Shown in pieces: positions 27,901-42,900 of a DNA stretch of 64,000 nt. The translations under genes were made by a program, and so were the position numbers. The stretch spans positions 14,694,001 to 14,758,000 of the forward strand of contig NC_087436.1 in assembly GCF_036321535.1 (NCBI RefSeq), read 5' to 3'. The notes beneath the pieces were generated by a model. That model saw only the letters and a program-made list of their open reading frames with translations, made no database searches and was not told where the DNA came from. This DNA comes from Camelus dromedarius (lineage: Eukaryota). Within the stretch, counting starts at the first letter, position 1, and each line of letters opens with the position of its first letter.

Positions 27901-30900
27901 TTGTAGTTTACAGCTTATGCTGCTAATCTTTGTCGGTGGTATACTTTTCAGTAAAATGTCACAAAGTAACATCTGCTGAATGTATGTATAATTCAAATTG
28001 AAATATAATTTAAATTTTATTTAACTTGCTAAATATTATTTTAAAACAACATAAGAGCGTTATTTAAAGTCTTAAAAGCATTTTGCTATGTGGAAGTAAT
28101 TTTCATCATAGACTTTGCCTTAAATATATAGCAATTTCTGACATACTTTCTAACATATACCTAAGATCTGAATTAGTTATTTATCATCTATTCTGCTTTT
28201 TTCATTCTAGAATCACCCCAGTGCCTAAAATCCTTGATAAAAGACATTTTTTATCTATTAGCAGTTATATACCATGTACTGATACTGTTTTTCTATTACT
28301 TTCTTTTTAAAAAACAGTAATAATACATTAACTGAAAAAATAGAGAACATTAAACATGCATAGTACATTACCTTAAATTAGAAATATTCATAGTAGTCAT
28401 TAATGTAATATATATGTAAATTATAGAGTAGTAGTATATTGAAAGATTTTTTTACTATCTTTCTTCCTTTGAAGATCACATCTTATAGTTTTATATCAAA
28501 ATTTAACCATAAATACTTCCAAAAAATATTTTTGAAGCTAGCATTCATATATGCAAAGGAGATTAAGAATTTTGCATTAAAATTATTCTATCAAGTGACT
28601 TAATTAAAGCTGCATGTTAATCAGGTCAGCACAGTTATTCATCACCCAGAAGGACCTGTCCTTATACCTAATGTCCATGAATCCTTATAATGTAGATAGA
28701 GAGGTATAGCATATTATAAAAACTCACCTCAAATCCTGTAAGGAATGTAATCAATAAATCAGAGTTTATAGTATTGTTACTAAGTCAGAGATGAGTGGAG
28801 ATTGATCATTGTAAGTTTTGTCAAAGAGGTAAGTTTTGAACCAGGGTTTGAAGCTATATGAGGGAGATGGAGTGAAGTAAAGTATGAATTAACTGCTTTT
28901 AATTGGTCATACTTGTCCGTATACATGTATATGAGTATTTTTAATTTCTATGTGTAAATCCTCACCCTAACCAAAAAGGATACACAGTGAGTACTCAAGG
29001 AGAATGTTCTAGGTTCGTGTATGTATCAAAATTAAAGAAAACAACACAGCTTATTAGAACCTCTGTTTCCTCATATTTGATGGTAAAATGGGGATATTCT
29101 CCAGGGTTATTCTCCTCACATCTCCTCAGGGATATTCTCCTCATTAAATGAGGACTAAGATACAATGTTTATGACATTATTACATTGTAGTACTATGGAA
29201 GTACCACTGAAACGTTTGATAGCATTACCATAGTCTACACTTTAATGATAGGAAAGAAGAGATGAGATTCCTTGAGGTTCTGAAGGGGTTAATATCTTAA
29301 GAAATACTTTAAAAAGTATTCTAAATAAAGCTTCCAGTATCCTCAGTATATCTCAGTTTTCAGTTATTTATATGTTACAAAATCCGGATTCCTAGTTTGA
29401 GCAAGAAATGTAAAGTCAAAATCCAGATCTTTCTAGCTCCAAACCTTACCTGCTGATCTCTCTTCACCCACTTCCAAAATGGACATCATAATTCACAAAG
29501 GTACTATATCAGCCTGCTCAAGGATGTGTTTTCGTTTAAGTGTTTCAAGGTTATTTAAATGTTTTACTTGATTATTGTGAGGGGAGGTCCTAACATTTTA
29601 AATGATTCACATGGCTTTTTGGTTTTCCCTTTTAAGAATCATGGCATTTCTGTGCAGGTGTTCCTCATGGGGGAAAAATAATGAAAACAATCTCCTTAAC
29701 ATAGTTTAAAGGAGCTCATATTTTCAAGGCATAATATGTGTTTTTGTTTTTCCATAATGTGTACTTTATTTCTTACCCTCTTTTATTTCAGCCTTTGTTT
29801 ATATTCTATTTTTACTACTAAGAGAGCTACCATTTTCTGTTGTTTACCATTTTTTTATCTGAAATTATTTTCACATAGCAAATTAAAATCCTCTTAGTTT
29901 CTGGAAGATAGTTGTCAGATGTGCAATCTATCCAGTTGTTAATTTTTCTCTACTTGATGTTGCCAGTCTCCTTCCGATGAGTGCCTTACTAAAACTATTA
30001 AGTTTTATGGTTGATGCCTACTAGAAAGAAAGGAAGGAAAATCATCTGTCAAAATTCTCTTATTTACTCAGTTGCCCAAACTGATGTTTTAATAAAATTA
30101 TGATTTCTCAACCAGTATCTTTGTTGCAGGTGAACATATAACAATTAGAATAATATAAGGCAAAAATATTTTCCAGTCAAAACCATGACTTTTTTAAAGC
30201 TTTTACAAAATAAAGATAGCTGATAAACTTGATGAGACTAAACGATTATGACTTCAGTGCCTTCTGGAAAAAATGTCACTACAAGCAGCCACCTTTTATG
30301 TTGTATGTGGATGTAGATTTTCCTTTATGAGCTTATAATTTGAGGCACTTATTAAAATAATAAAAGTTTCTAATTCCTCTTTGATAGAGCTGGAGTGGAC
30401 CAGAGAAATTGCTTGCTTTAGATGAACTTATTGATAGTTGTGAACCAACCCAAGTAAAACATATGATGCAAGTGATAGAACCCCAGTTTCAACGAGACTT
30501 CATTTCCTTGCTCCCTAAAGAGGTAAGGATTATCAATTATATTCTTCATTGGGTGCTATTTGAGAATATAAATCAACAGCTACCACCTTTAGACATTGCA
30601 TGCTAATTATGGTATTCAGTATTGTCAGTTTAACACTCTTAATTAGTATTAAAGAGGGCTGGAAATGATAAGCTGCCTGGACTTAATGTAATTTTCAGAT
30701 TGAAGTATACTTACGGACTGTGTGTCTTCTTTCCACCCTAGATAAGTCATGTATGACACTAAGCTATTGAGAGTCATTAATTTGATTGTTTCTTTACCAG
30801 AACTTTTTCCCAGGTTATTTGAAATCCAACCTTTAGTTATCTTGGTATGTTCATTATAGTAGTAGATTTTTTAAAATGCTGATTTTATTAAAACAGCAAT

Positions 30901-33900
30901 TTTTTTTCTTATTTTGTTGTTTATTTATCCTAGGTTCCTTCAGGACTGGTAGTTTTATGATTCTATTGGATTGTAGTTCTCTGTTACTTATATTATGTAA
31001 TTATTTTTGCAATATATGAAATTTCACATGTATATCTTTTTCTGCTAATCAACCCCCTTCCCGCCCCATCACTCACACATGCATACATATACATGATCAG
31101 ATTTCCCATACCAATTACATTCTTACAGCATTTCTTTTATTTATGCCCATTTGTTTTAATATCTTTATATAAGAGATCTGGGGTTTTTTTTATCATAGAT
31201 GAATTATAATCATAGGAGCATTCTTGTCTGTTTTAATGAGACATAGTTTAGGTATAGTTCTTTTATTGATGTTTCAGTCTTCATGGTTTCATTTTTGCCA
31301 GCAAACAGAAATAATATAACATTAAGCAATCAGTGTTACTGTGATTTATATTTTCACTAATTATGTATATGCCACTAATTATAGATCAGCTAAGAAGATA
31401 ATATAAAATACCATTTATATTCACATAAGTATAAATATAAATGCAGATGGTCCTGAAACTTCAAATTTGAAGAGAGCAGGAGTTGATTTTTTTCAGATAA
31501 CCATTCTAAATATTCTAAGAGCATTAAAGAGAGTCCCAGTAATAATTATTTCATATTGGATATTAATAAAGTGGTTTCATCATGGTTAGTGGGTGAAACT
31601 CAGCATAACTCCAGGAAAAAGCAAAGTGGAAAAAACATCTTTTTTTCCTGAAAAAAGAAGCAATAGCTTCTTTGGAGTGATTTTTAAAAATGACATTGTC
31701 CCAGAAAAAAAATTTATTCTTGCTGGCTCAGTCTGAAACTGAACCCTTTGAATAGATTTGGCTTATGAAAGTGGCATAAGCTCTCTTTGCTTCCAGAAGG
31801 ACGTTAATAATAGGAAACACATTCATAAGTATTTGACTGAGAGTGAATTTATTCACCTTTGATATATTCTTCGTAGTTTCCCTTGATAATCCTCCTCATT
31901 TTAGAAGGTAGCATTTTTGTTAAAATACAGACTTTCTCTTGGTTTGGTTTGTCCTCTTATCTCTAAGGATTGTGAGGTTCTTGTTTTCCTTTGCTTTTGC
32001 TTTCTTTGGATTTTCATAGTGGTTTCTTAACACACACACAAAAATGTGATTTAAAATCAGAAGAATGTGAAACTATTTTCAAGAATCTAAGAATTAAGCA
32101 CAAATTATTGACAACTAGGGTAAATGCAGTAAGGATTTTCGTGGATTAAGTGTTCCTTTAAAGATTGCCTGAACGGAAAGAAGTGAGGCTAGATGGGAGA
32201 ATGAGTGAGCCTGACTTAATACGTCACCTGTTTCCCTTTGTTTTTAATTACTAGGGAAAAATTTTTCTATTTTGAAAAATGCGTTATTTTATATTTCAAG
32301 AGATAATAGTATATAAATCTAAGTCCTTAAGATCACTAACGTCTTACTGGAGACTAAGTACTTTCATTATTTAAAACGTTATTACCTTCATGTCAGGAAA
32401 TGGACTTATAATAATTTTTCAATAGTTCCTTCCAATAGATCTGAGCTCTTTACCAATATTTACTTATTAATCTCAAAAAGCTTGACAAAAATCTCACTAG
32501 TCTCACGTGGGAGACTTGTGATAAACAGCATTATCCTTATTTGTTAAGTAAATACCGAGAAAAGCATAGTCATATAATGCACATGATCCAGGAGAAAACC
32601 TAAATTCCTAACATAGGATCAGCCAGCATGTTCTTTATTCTTTTTTCTTTTTCTTTCATTAGTTTATTCCACTGAAATACACCAATTCTGGGAAAGTATT
32701 AGCTACTTTTTAAATATAACATGGTAGTCTTTTATTAAGTTATAGAGAAAAACAAAAGATAGCAACCCTCATTGAAATGACAAATTTGGGCAAGGAAAAG
32801 ATAATTATCTGAAGTAAATTTTCAATTTAAGAGCTTCTGTCTTGCGGAAGTAGTCCTTAGGAAGAATTACTAATTTAGATTTTTTACCTTTAAGACAAGT
32901 GAATAGAAATAGTGTCGCTAGACCATTTGATTTGGCTACAAGAAACCTATAAGCCCCTACTGTGGTGTTGTAGGATGTAGTCTGAGACAATACCTACTCT
33001 CTGTCCCCTGTAAGAAACTCTCTATGGCAAACCTTTGTTTCCGCTGAGGAGCTGGTGCACTTCCCCGTAATACGCACCGAGAGCTGTGTAACTAAGCGCA
33101 GTTGTACTTTTGCTTGGCAGCCTCATTAAAACCCACGTCAGGTATTGTTGTCAGCATATTTGTGTTCTACTTTTTCTCCAGTTTACACCTTTTCTGATTT
33201 ACGTGTTTCCTGGTTCTGATTTTCTTGTTCATATTTTTCTATTTTGTTGTGTGTATTTTCTATATTACAGAGATGTTTTGATGGAATAGACAGACATTTA
33301 TACGCTGAAGTTCATGGTTGAGTTAAGGCCTTTGCTATTTTTAAGGAATGGGTGCCAGTTACCTATGGAGTTAGCACTTCAACTTTCTTCAGCACTTGAG
33401 TGTTTCTTTATATTTATTTTTAATGCATGCTGGCACTGGACTAGCTGATCTCTTAACTACCAGCAATGACAGAAATTTTACCTGTTGATTTTGGGATAAA
33501 CCTTCAAAATCTAAGCCACTCTGGATTTCTTTCTTAGCCTTTAGGATCCATTGAATGTTTCTGTAAATTACCTGATTTCTACTTCAGCTGGAAATATAAA
33601 GCAAAAAATAGACTTTCATGTGACCATTCTAAATATCTTGGGCATTAAATAGCATCTCTTTTCTGCAAATACAACCTTGTGCCTGATAATTTCTACGTTA
33701 AATACCAATTTCACATAGAAGACTAAGGGTGGTGTTAAGAAGGTAGTATGGTGTTACCACCTTACTGTCCTACTGACACTAAGCACACTTGCGCAGGCTT
33801 TGATTGATTGATAATTTCAAAATTAAGTGGCTTATGGAATATCCATTAAAAAATATAATGTTGAGTTATGTATGTATATGTATTATTTCTATATGTGTAT

Positions 33901-36900
33901 GTAGGTATGAACCCACATATATATAGATATTTGAATATTGTTATGCTTTTTATTTTCAGTAACTCAGTTTCTATGTATGATGCTGAATGGTCTTCTCTGA
34001 TAGACCAAAAATAATTATTCCACAAAAAGCTTTTCACTGTCATTTATCAGTAGTAGTATTAAATTGAATTCTCACTGGTGGAAGTACTTTCTGTATAGAA
34101 TGTACTCAATAAATATGTGATTAATGATGAACTCTATATACACAAAGTCATTGGAAAAGCATAATTTATATCATGTAATTCCAGTTAGCATCAAAAAATA
34201 ATTCAGGTTATGCTTTTACTCCCTATATGACCCTAGGCCCTTTAATGATAGTTTGTTTTTAATCTTTGTAACTTAGTCTATATGAAAACTAAACTTTATT
34301 ACTCTGTTTAGATCATTCTGTCCTAATATCATAATTTAAATTTTTATGTGATTTGTGAGGCTAATTGAATGAGCATATCAGAAGCTGTCATTCCCCTTTT
34401 CCTTCTCTTTCCTTTCATTTATTTGAATTGACTTTACACACTGGAAAAAAATTGATGATTTGCAAATATTGGAAATAAAATTTTTAAATCAATGATGCAT
34501 CAAAGACCTGGCTCAAGAATAAAACTCTTATCTGGCCCATCAAGAAAATCCCCATAAGCAATATTAAGGAATTAGAACCCAATTACGTCTATACGTCTAT
34601 AGAATGGTTTAATAGTTGTTCCCTTTTGCCATTTACAGCAAAGGGTGTAAATATTTGAAAAGTTCATTGTTGTGATATAAACACTTTGCTAAGATAAAGA
34701 ACCACTAATTATATCTAACTGTCCGAAGCAATCTGAAGTCATGTCACACAGAATCTATAGAAATCTCATTTCTTAAGTGAAATTAAATTATAGTGAGAAC
34801 AGAAAAAGACAAAATTTAAAGCAACTAATAAAGTAAAAAATGTATAAATAAATAATAGGATTCTTGAGTTGAGGCTCACAGAGCAAAGGCAAGAGAGGAG
34901 GCAGAGAGGTTTAATAAGTATCCTTGAAGAGGTGAGGAGTTAGTGATGGTCATAAAAATCAATAGGATGTTTTAAGTCTGGCATATATGTGTTAAAACTG
35001 AATATCAAGGTACTGCCTTTCATAATTCTAGAAACTAGAATGTAGAATTATATTACATTTATCTACAACTACTTCATCCTATAGAGATAACTATTTTTTA
35101 CAATTAAAACAAGATGTATGCATATACTCTGCTTTTTCTTTCCATAGCTGGCACTTTATGTGCTGTCATTCCTGGAACCCAAAGACCTGCTACAAGCGGC
35201 TCAGACGTGTCGCTACTGGAGAATTTTGGCTGAAGACAACCTTCTCTGGAGAGAGAAATGCAAAGAAGAGGGTAAGTTTCAAAATCACAGAGAGAAAATG
35301 TTGGTATCTCAAAAAAGCAACATGATTCTGAAAACAAATTAAAAAATAGGAAGTTTGATGTGCAAGAATAATAAAATGGCAGATAAATTTAAAAAAGAAC
35401 TTATGAAAGAATTAAGAATGCATCTTCATTTACATTCACTTACTTATATAAAATCCACAGGGTATTCCTCATGTTCAAATGAGCCGAATCCTGCCTCTAA
35501 GCCCTTTAATAAAGAGCACTGTATGTAGCTAATAGTAAATATATCTGATTTGCTTCCCGGTCTCCAGTGGAATTTATAAACAATGAGAAGGTCAAGATGA
35601 AGATGATTTAAAGAGAACCCCAGAATTTCACTGGCAATTAAGAACTGAAATATTTACATTCTATTCATTTCTTCCACAAATATTTGTTGAACACCTCTCA
35701 TGTGCTGGATATTCTTAAATTCTGGGGATATAGTAGTGAATTTCCATTTTCGTCCCCCCATGGAGCTTGTCTTCTGAGACTGTTTAAAAAATCCCCTTTC
35801 TTAGTAAAGGAGTAGGTATCAAACATGTGAATTTAAGAAAGGACATTTTCTTTTCCAGCAGGCATCTAGAAAAGTATTATTTTTGAAAAAATATTATTTG
35901 CCTTTGACAAACAGAATTTTTGAGAAAGAATCAGAGCATAAGACAGATATGCTATATGTTGTCCTCCCCTTTGTGGAGGTTATGGTTAGTGGGGACCACT
36001 GATGGTTACTAAAGCTCAGAGGCAAAGATCCCAGGTACTTGGTTTCTAATCCTGCCTCTGCCCTGTCTGTGGCTTGGACTAATCAGGAAAACCTTCTCTT
36101 CTCAAGCATACATAAAGTGGAAGTAATTATTCCTGCCTTCTCTCAGAGAATCTTTATTTTAATGACTTTTTTAAAAATTGTGATAATTTATACGTAACAA
36201 AGAATGTATCACTTTAACCATTTTTAAGTTTACAGTTGGTGGCATTAAGTACATTCACATTGTTGCACAACTGTCACCACCATCCATCTCCAGAACTTTA
36301 TCATCTTCCCCAGCTGAATCTCTGTACCCATTTAACAATAACTCCTTATTTCTCCTCCCTGCCAGCCCTGGCAACTAACATTTTGTTTTCTGTCTCTATA
36401 AATTTGACTTTTTTAGGTAGCTCATGTAGGTGGGATCATTCGGTATTTGTCTTTTTGTGACGGTCTTACTTCACTTAGCATAATGTCTGCAAGGTTCATC
36501 CAAGTGGTAGCATGTGTCAGAATTTCTTCCTTTTTAAAGTCTAACATTCCATTGTCTGTATATACCACATTTTTTTATCCATTTATGGACACTTGGGTTG
36601 CTTCCATCTCTTGGCTGTTATAAATAATGCTGCTGTGAACATAGGTACACAAATATCTGTTCAAGTCCCTGCTTTCAGTTCTTTTGGGTGTATGTCCAGA
36701 AGTGGAATTGCTGGATCATATGGTAATTCTATGTTTAGTTTATTTTGAGGAAACGCCATACTGTTTCCATAGCAGCAGCATCATTTTATATTCCCACCAG
36801 CATTGTACAAGTGTTCTGATTTCTATACACCCTCACCAACATTTCATAGAATTACTTTGAGAAAGACATGAAATAGTCAACATAAAACATGCCTTACAGA

Positions 36901-39900
36901 ATGCAAACTTTACATTATTGTTTTATAATAGCTGTTAGAAATTAGGCGGTGTCCTGCCCTTCAGTGATTTTGAGCATAGGGGAGAATGTATCTACATTAT
37001 AAAATGTGTAGTTTGTATTATTGGTGAAGGCAATTATTCTTTTTTAAAAATTTTAGGTATTGATGAACCATTGCACATCAAGAGAAGAAAAGTAATAAAA
37101 CCAGGTTTCATACACAGTCCATGGAAAAGTGCATACATCAGGCAGCACAGGATTGATACTAACTGGAGGCGAGGAGAACTCAAGTCTCCTAAGGTAACTG
37201 AACTCCTGCGTGGTGTGACAGCCCATGATCAGTGTTCGGACACAGTGTGTTCTTTCACATCTTGGCAAGCAGTGTAACTTGACAGCCTCTCTTCTACAGA
37301 AGGAAAACAATATATTTTAAAATAATTGAAAATGTAACTGACAATATCCTCTTTGCTAATTTCTCTAGTCTGAAGACTGACTGTACTTGAATAAAAGATG
37401 CATTGAATTGTATGTTGTTCTATCTATTACATGTCAATGAAAATTTCTGAATATCCTGTTGAATTTTGGGTCATATGCCATACTACCCAAGAAATTGTTC
37501 CCTCTCTGACCACAAAATCCAAACATGATCTTTTCAGGAGTGCCCACGTTTGGGGGGTTTTCGGTGGTGGCTTTTGTGTGTTTTAATTTTATAAATTTAA
37601 GCATAATTCTGATTTTCTGTCTTATAACATTTTAAGTATGTAAAGAATAGCAAATAAGCCTGAAATTCTTAGCTAAATTTTTTCAACTGGAAAAAAGCAA
37701 CTTGAGGAGATACTTTGTATTCATATGTGTTTTTTTTTTCTTTCTTAATGGGGATACTGGGGATCTCAGCCAGGGACCTTATGCACACTAAGCACGCACT
37801 CTATCACTGAGCTATACCCACCCCCCGATATGTATGTGTTATGACAGGCTTTTTTGTTTGTTTTAAGCTGAAAAAGTTGATAGTTATTGTCTTTCTAGTT
37901 AGTAGGTACTTTTGCTTTTGTGTGTCGAAATTATACAACTTAAGTGCATATTCTTCTGGTTTGAACAGATAAAATAGATGATTATAAAATACATTTGTGT
38001 TTAGACCATCTTCATGAGGTCTTGACTGAGTAAAACTTTAGAAGTTGATGTCTCCAGTGTAAATAATAGAATGTGGAAACAGAACGTTTAATATGTGATT
38101 CATCTGCCAGGAAGGATGCTTCATATTTTATATACATTTTGGTTCTAGAAATAGACTACAGATTACTGTTGCTATTGATGGCCTCATTTTTCTTTTCACC
38201 AGTATTTACAAAAACATATTTTAATAACATATTTCTAATCTGTTCGTCTGTGTCGTAGGTGCTGAAAGGACACGATGATCATGTGATCACATGCTTACAG
38301 TTCTGTGGGAACCGAATAGTCAGTGGTTCTGACGACAACACTCTGAAAGTCTGGTCAGCCGTCACAGGCAAAGTGAGTTCACTCCTTTCTGCACTTCCCC
38401 AGTTCACCCCCATGTTGTGTGTATCTTTGCAAGGACCAACCAGTGAAAGGAGAGCACGGATTCATTTTTGACCCTCGCTTATTTTGATAGCAAATATCAG
38501 AGCTTCTAATTTAGATTTTCCCTTGGCATGAAAATGGTGTTTCTCATGATAGGGATGTCATTAGTTCCTTCCCTGTTTAAGTAGTTTGTCTGTCTTTGTG
38601 ACTTGGCTAATTTTAAGATTTTACAGATGTGCTTTTTTTTTTTTTTTTTTTTTTTTTGCTTAATTTTTCTCACTTTTATTAACTGTCTTAGTTATATCTC
38701 ATTCCTTTTTAATCTTTTTCAAAAATATGATTGAGGGATTTTTTTTTTTTGCCCTTGTAAACTACTTTGTTGATAACCTACCTGTAGGTTAGAAGTTAAA
38801 TCAATCATGTTAATTTTGACTTAATCTCAAACCTTGTAAGAGAAGTTAAGCAGACTAGTTAGTTAAATAGGAGTTTGAAGGAAAAAAGCAGTCAGGCGAT
38901 CAATTTCACTGCATACAATGTTATACTTTAATGGTTCTCTGCTGAATACCTATTTTTATCTGTCCAGTGGAAAATATTTTGAGTTAAGTAATTGATCACC
39001 TAAAAAATAATAGAAGAAAGTGGTTGGGGGGGGAGCGCGAAATCTCTTTTAAAATGTCTTATAGCATGTTGACTCAGGCAAGAATCTTCTAAATATTCCA
39101 AGTCAGATGTTAAAATTTTTTAAAGCAGCTTCATATTTCCATAGTGTAATATTAGTTTTGGATTTATTTCAGGGTTTTAATGTCTGTCTTTACTTGTCTA
39201 GAAGTACCTTGCCTGGCTCCTAACTACTGCCTTGGGGCAGATTCAGATGAAATGTGGTATGTAGCCACACCCTACGCTGTTGGCCTGCTTTAATTGCATC
39301 CATTCCCATGGAGGAAACCAAGTTGCAATTTTAGTATCATTTTATCAAAGAGGCCAGGCTGGAGCTATCATACTTCAGTGAGAAAGGTTTCCTTTCCACA
39401 TACGTGTTCCTCAACTGTGTGTATATGATATGTGTAATACTACTGGATAAACAAAGTAGTGAACAGTGATGGGGTCGTGTCATATTGATATGAGAAATTA
39501 TTTTCAAATATGCCAAACATATAAATTGAGTAAATAGCTTCACTGCAAATTTTAATGAACTACTGAAATGTTATTTAAATTGTTTTTCTTTCTACCCGAA
39601 AGTAATCATCTTAAGTGTTTTTCCAGTGTCTGAGGACATTAGTGGGACACACAGGTGGAGTATGGTCATCACAGATGAGGGACAATATCATCATTAGTGG
39701 GTCTACAGACCGGACTCTCAAAGTGTGGAACGCGGAGACTGGGGAGTGCATACACACCTTGTACGGGCACACCTCCACTGTGCGCTGCATGCATCTCCAT
39801 GAGAAGAGGTGAGGGCAGGGCCGGTTGTGGGTGGGGATTCCTCCTCTGTGACCTGTGAATTTGGGCCCTTTTGTGTAGAGTTCGGTTGTACAGTACTTAC

Positions 39901-42900
39901 TGTGTCTGATAGAGAGATAGTGATAATGTGCTCTTAAACTAGACTTTAATTATTCAACTTCAGATGTTTTTATACGAGGAAAGTGGTAGTGTATTGCCTT
40001 AAAATTGGGCAGTTGTCTTCAAATTTCCTTCCTCATTTAACCGTTATTGGCTTCCACCTTGAAACTTTCCATTCTCTAATCTTGAATAGTGCCTTACTTT
40101 ATTGTTCTACATCTTTGATGACTCACCATCCTCAAAAAAATTTTTTTGGATATGTTACTGGTAGTGGGACAAATTCAGTTATTCAGGCTTCAAGCCTCTG
40201 GATCTGTTTACCTAGTCGCGCACCCTGCCCCCACTCCATCATGGCCCCTGTGTCTGGGCTGTGACCTGTTCTCTCGTTACCTGTCACCTGAACTGTTGAC
40301 ATCGCCTTCAGACATGCTCGCCTTTCACACAGTTGGCGGGACACCTCCATGATGATAGTGCTTCTGCCCTCGGAGAGCCTTCTGTTGCTTACCAGATAAG
40401 GAAGAAACCTTCGATCCAGTTTTCAAAATAGTTTCAGCCAAACCAGACTGCTTGCCATTTCTTCTCAGCACCTTTTCTGTTGCTTTTACCTCCTCCTACT
40501 AAGCCTTCCTGTTAAAGTCCTTCCTGTCGTCCCCCGGCGTGTCTCCGTGGCTCCCGTTAAACAGTGTGATTTCTGCCTCGTTTATCAGGAAAGGTCTCTC
40601 GGAAGGGTCCTTAGAGGGAATCTGCTCCAGACTTAACCGTCAGTTCTGCCCATAGCATCTTCTTTCATTAAGGACCGTTACATTAGGCAGATTTCACTCT
40701 AGATTATGTGGAGAAAAGTACCTTCTCACTTGTAATTTGTATCTGCTTTGAACAGTGTGCCCTACTATTAAAATTTGGGGAATTAGTATCAGGAGACCTT
40801 GCATTTCAGTTTCCAGTATGTTCTGACTTAAATCTCTCAATGCTTTCATTTTCTACTTTTCCAGGTGTAAAAACTCTGGCCTTTCTTTATCTCTTAGGAA
40901 TGACATAAAGATACCCGAGTTTCCAGCTCTCCTTTGTAATTCAAAGCTGATTTTAGTGTTTGTGTCACTCCGGTCTTCAGAAGAGTTTCACTTGAATAAC
41001 GTTGAGCCAAATTTGTAAGGGATTTCTGTTTCCCCTACATGTGTGTCTTCTAAAATCTGTATATCTTAATGCCCCAATAGCCTATTGAATATTTGTAAAT
41101 ACAAACTTAAGCAGCCTTTGTTTGAAGACATATTTAAAACTGGTTCATTTTACCGGAAGGCATGGTATAAGTGGAGATTTTTAGCTGTTTAAATTCCAAA
41201 TTCTGATTTGTTTTGTTGAAAACCTTTATTGAATTTTCTCCCTAGTCACGAAGTATATGTTCATAATTAAAATTTGGGGAAATGAGAGAAAGAAGAAAAT
41301 TTAAATTTTTCAAAATACTACCGTCTGTTAACATTTTTATACACATTGCCCACATTAGCATTTTATTTCTAAAATCAATCTTACTGTATTTATTTAGAGC
41401 TGCTCCTGCTGCTTGAACCTCTTCTTTATCTTCATCTTTTCTAATTAAAATCCAGTAGTTTTCAAGCTGAAAACTTGGGTGCTCCTGGACCCCTTCTAGG
41501 CGGGGGAAGCAAACAGGCAGAATTGTAGGCTTTCCAGCTTCCTAATCCAGTCGGAGTAACTCACTTTGTATATTTATATAACAAGGTTTTACATATTATG
41601 TATTTCTTTTGAAAACAGGCATTCCTGCTTAAGAAAAGGAAAAAAAAATTGTATTTGACCACTGACTGTATATATCATGTTTTCTCATGTTGTTAAAATT
41701 CTCATGCACTTTTTTTCTGTTCCCCCCCACCACAGGGTTGTTAGCGGTTCTCGAGATGCCACTCTTAGGGTTTGGGATATTGAGACAGGCCAGTGTTTAC
41801 ATGTTTTGATGGGTCACGTAGCCGCGGTCCGCTGTGTTCAGTATGATGGCAGGAGGGTCGTGAGTGGAGCGTATGACTTCATGGTAAAGGTGTGGGACCC
41901 AGAGACGGAGACCTGTCTGCACACGCTGCAGGGGCACACTAACAGAGTCTACTCCTTACAGGTAAGAGGTCGGTCTCCGTGGCTCCTTAGGGGGCTCGGC
42001 TGACGAGCCAGAGGACTGTCTTCCTCAGACGATCACTGTCAATTGCTGATCCGATACAGTCCAAAAAAGACAAATCAAATTATTCTGCTGTTTACATATA
42101 CTTTAAAATTGGCATGAAGAATGCATAAGTTTTGAAATTATCTAAATGATTTGTTTCAATTTTTTGGTGATTGACATCCCCCTAAAATGCAAATATGTGT
42201 CTGGGAACCTGAGACTCAGGAGCCCTAAATTTTGCTGTATCAGTTAGCAGGTAGATAGTCTCATAGGAGAATAACCTGGATTTTAAAAAAACTCCTCAGC
42301 AGAGAAGTAATTGGCCAAAAGCTCCCCCTTTGCCTTGATAGCTGAAGGTTGATGGACCATGTAATTGTGATTCTGGCCCCTTCAAAGTGGGGCGTGGAGC
42401 TTTCTGCACAGAGCTGCTCGGCCGCACAGGGCTGCTGGTTTGTAGCCACAAAGAAGTAAATCTGACCAAACTGACCCTTGGTTGGTTGGTTTTCATTTGA
42501 ACCTGATACCTTTGAATAGATTGCCATATTTTGACATAAATAACTACATTAATAGCAGGTTTAGAAAATGGGTCTTGTTTCCTTTCCTGAAAGACAGCGT
42601 TTTCAATTCAAAAAATACAGCTGACCCTTGAACAACAAAGGAGTCAAGGGCCCCAAGCCCCACCTACTTCAGCTGAAAATCCTCACCTAACTTTACAGTC
42701 GGCCCTCGCTGTCTGCAGTTTCACATCCAAGAATCCAGCCAACCTTGGACTTTCTTTCCTTAGTGAAGGAAATGAAGTGTAAGTGTGGACCCTCACCGTT
42801 CAAACCCATGTTGTTCAAGGGTCAGCTGTATTTCCTGTTATTTATATAGTTGGTACCAGTTACTGCCTATTAGTGATCAGCAAATTAGTACATAGTCCCA

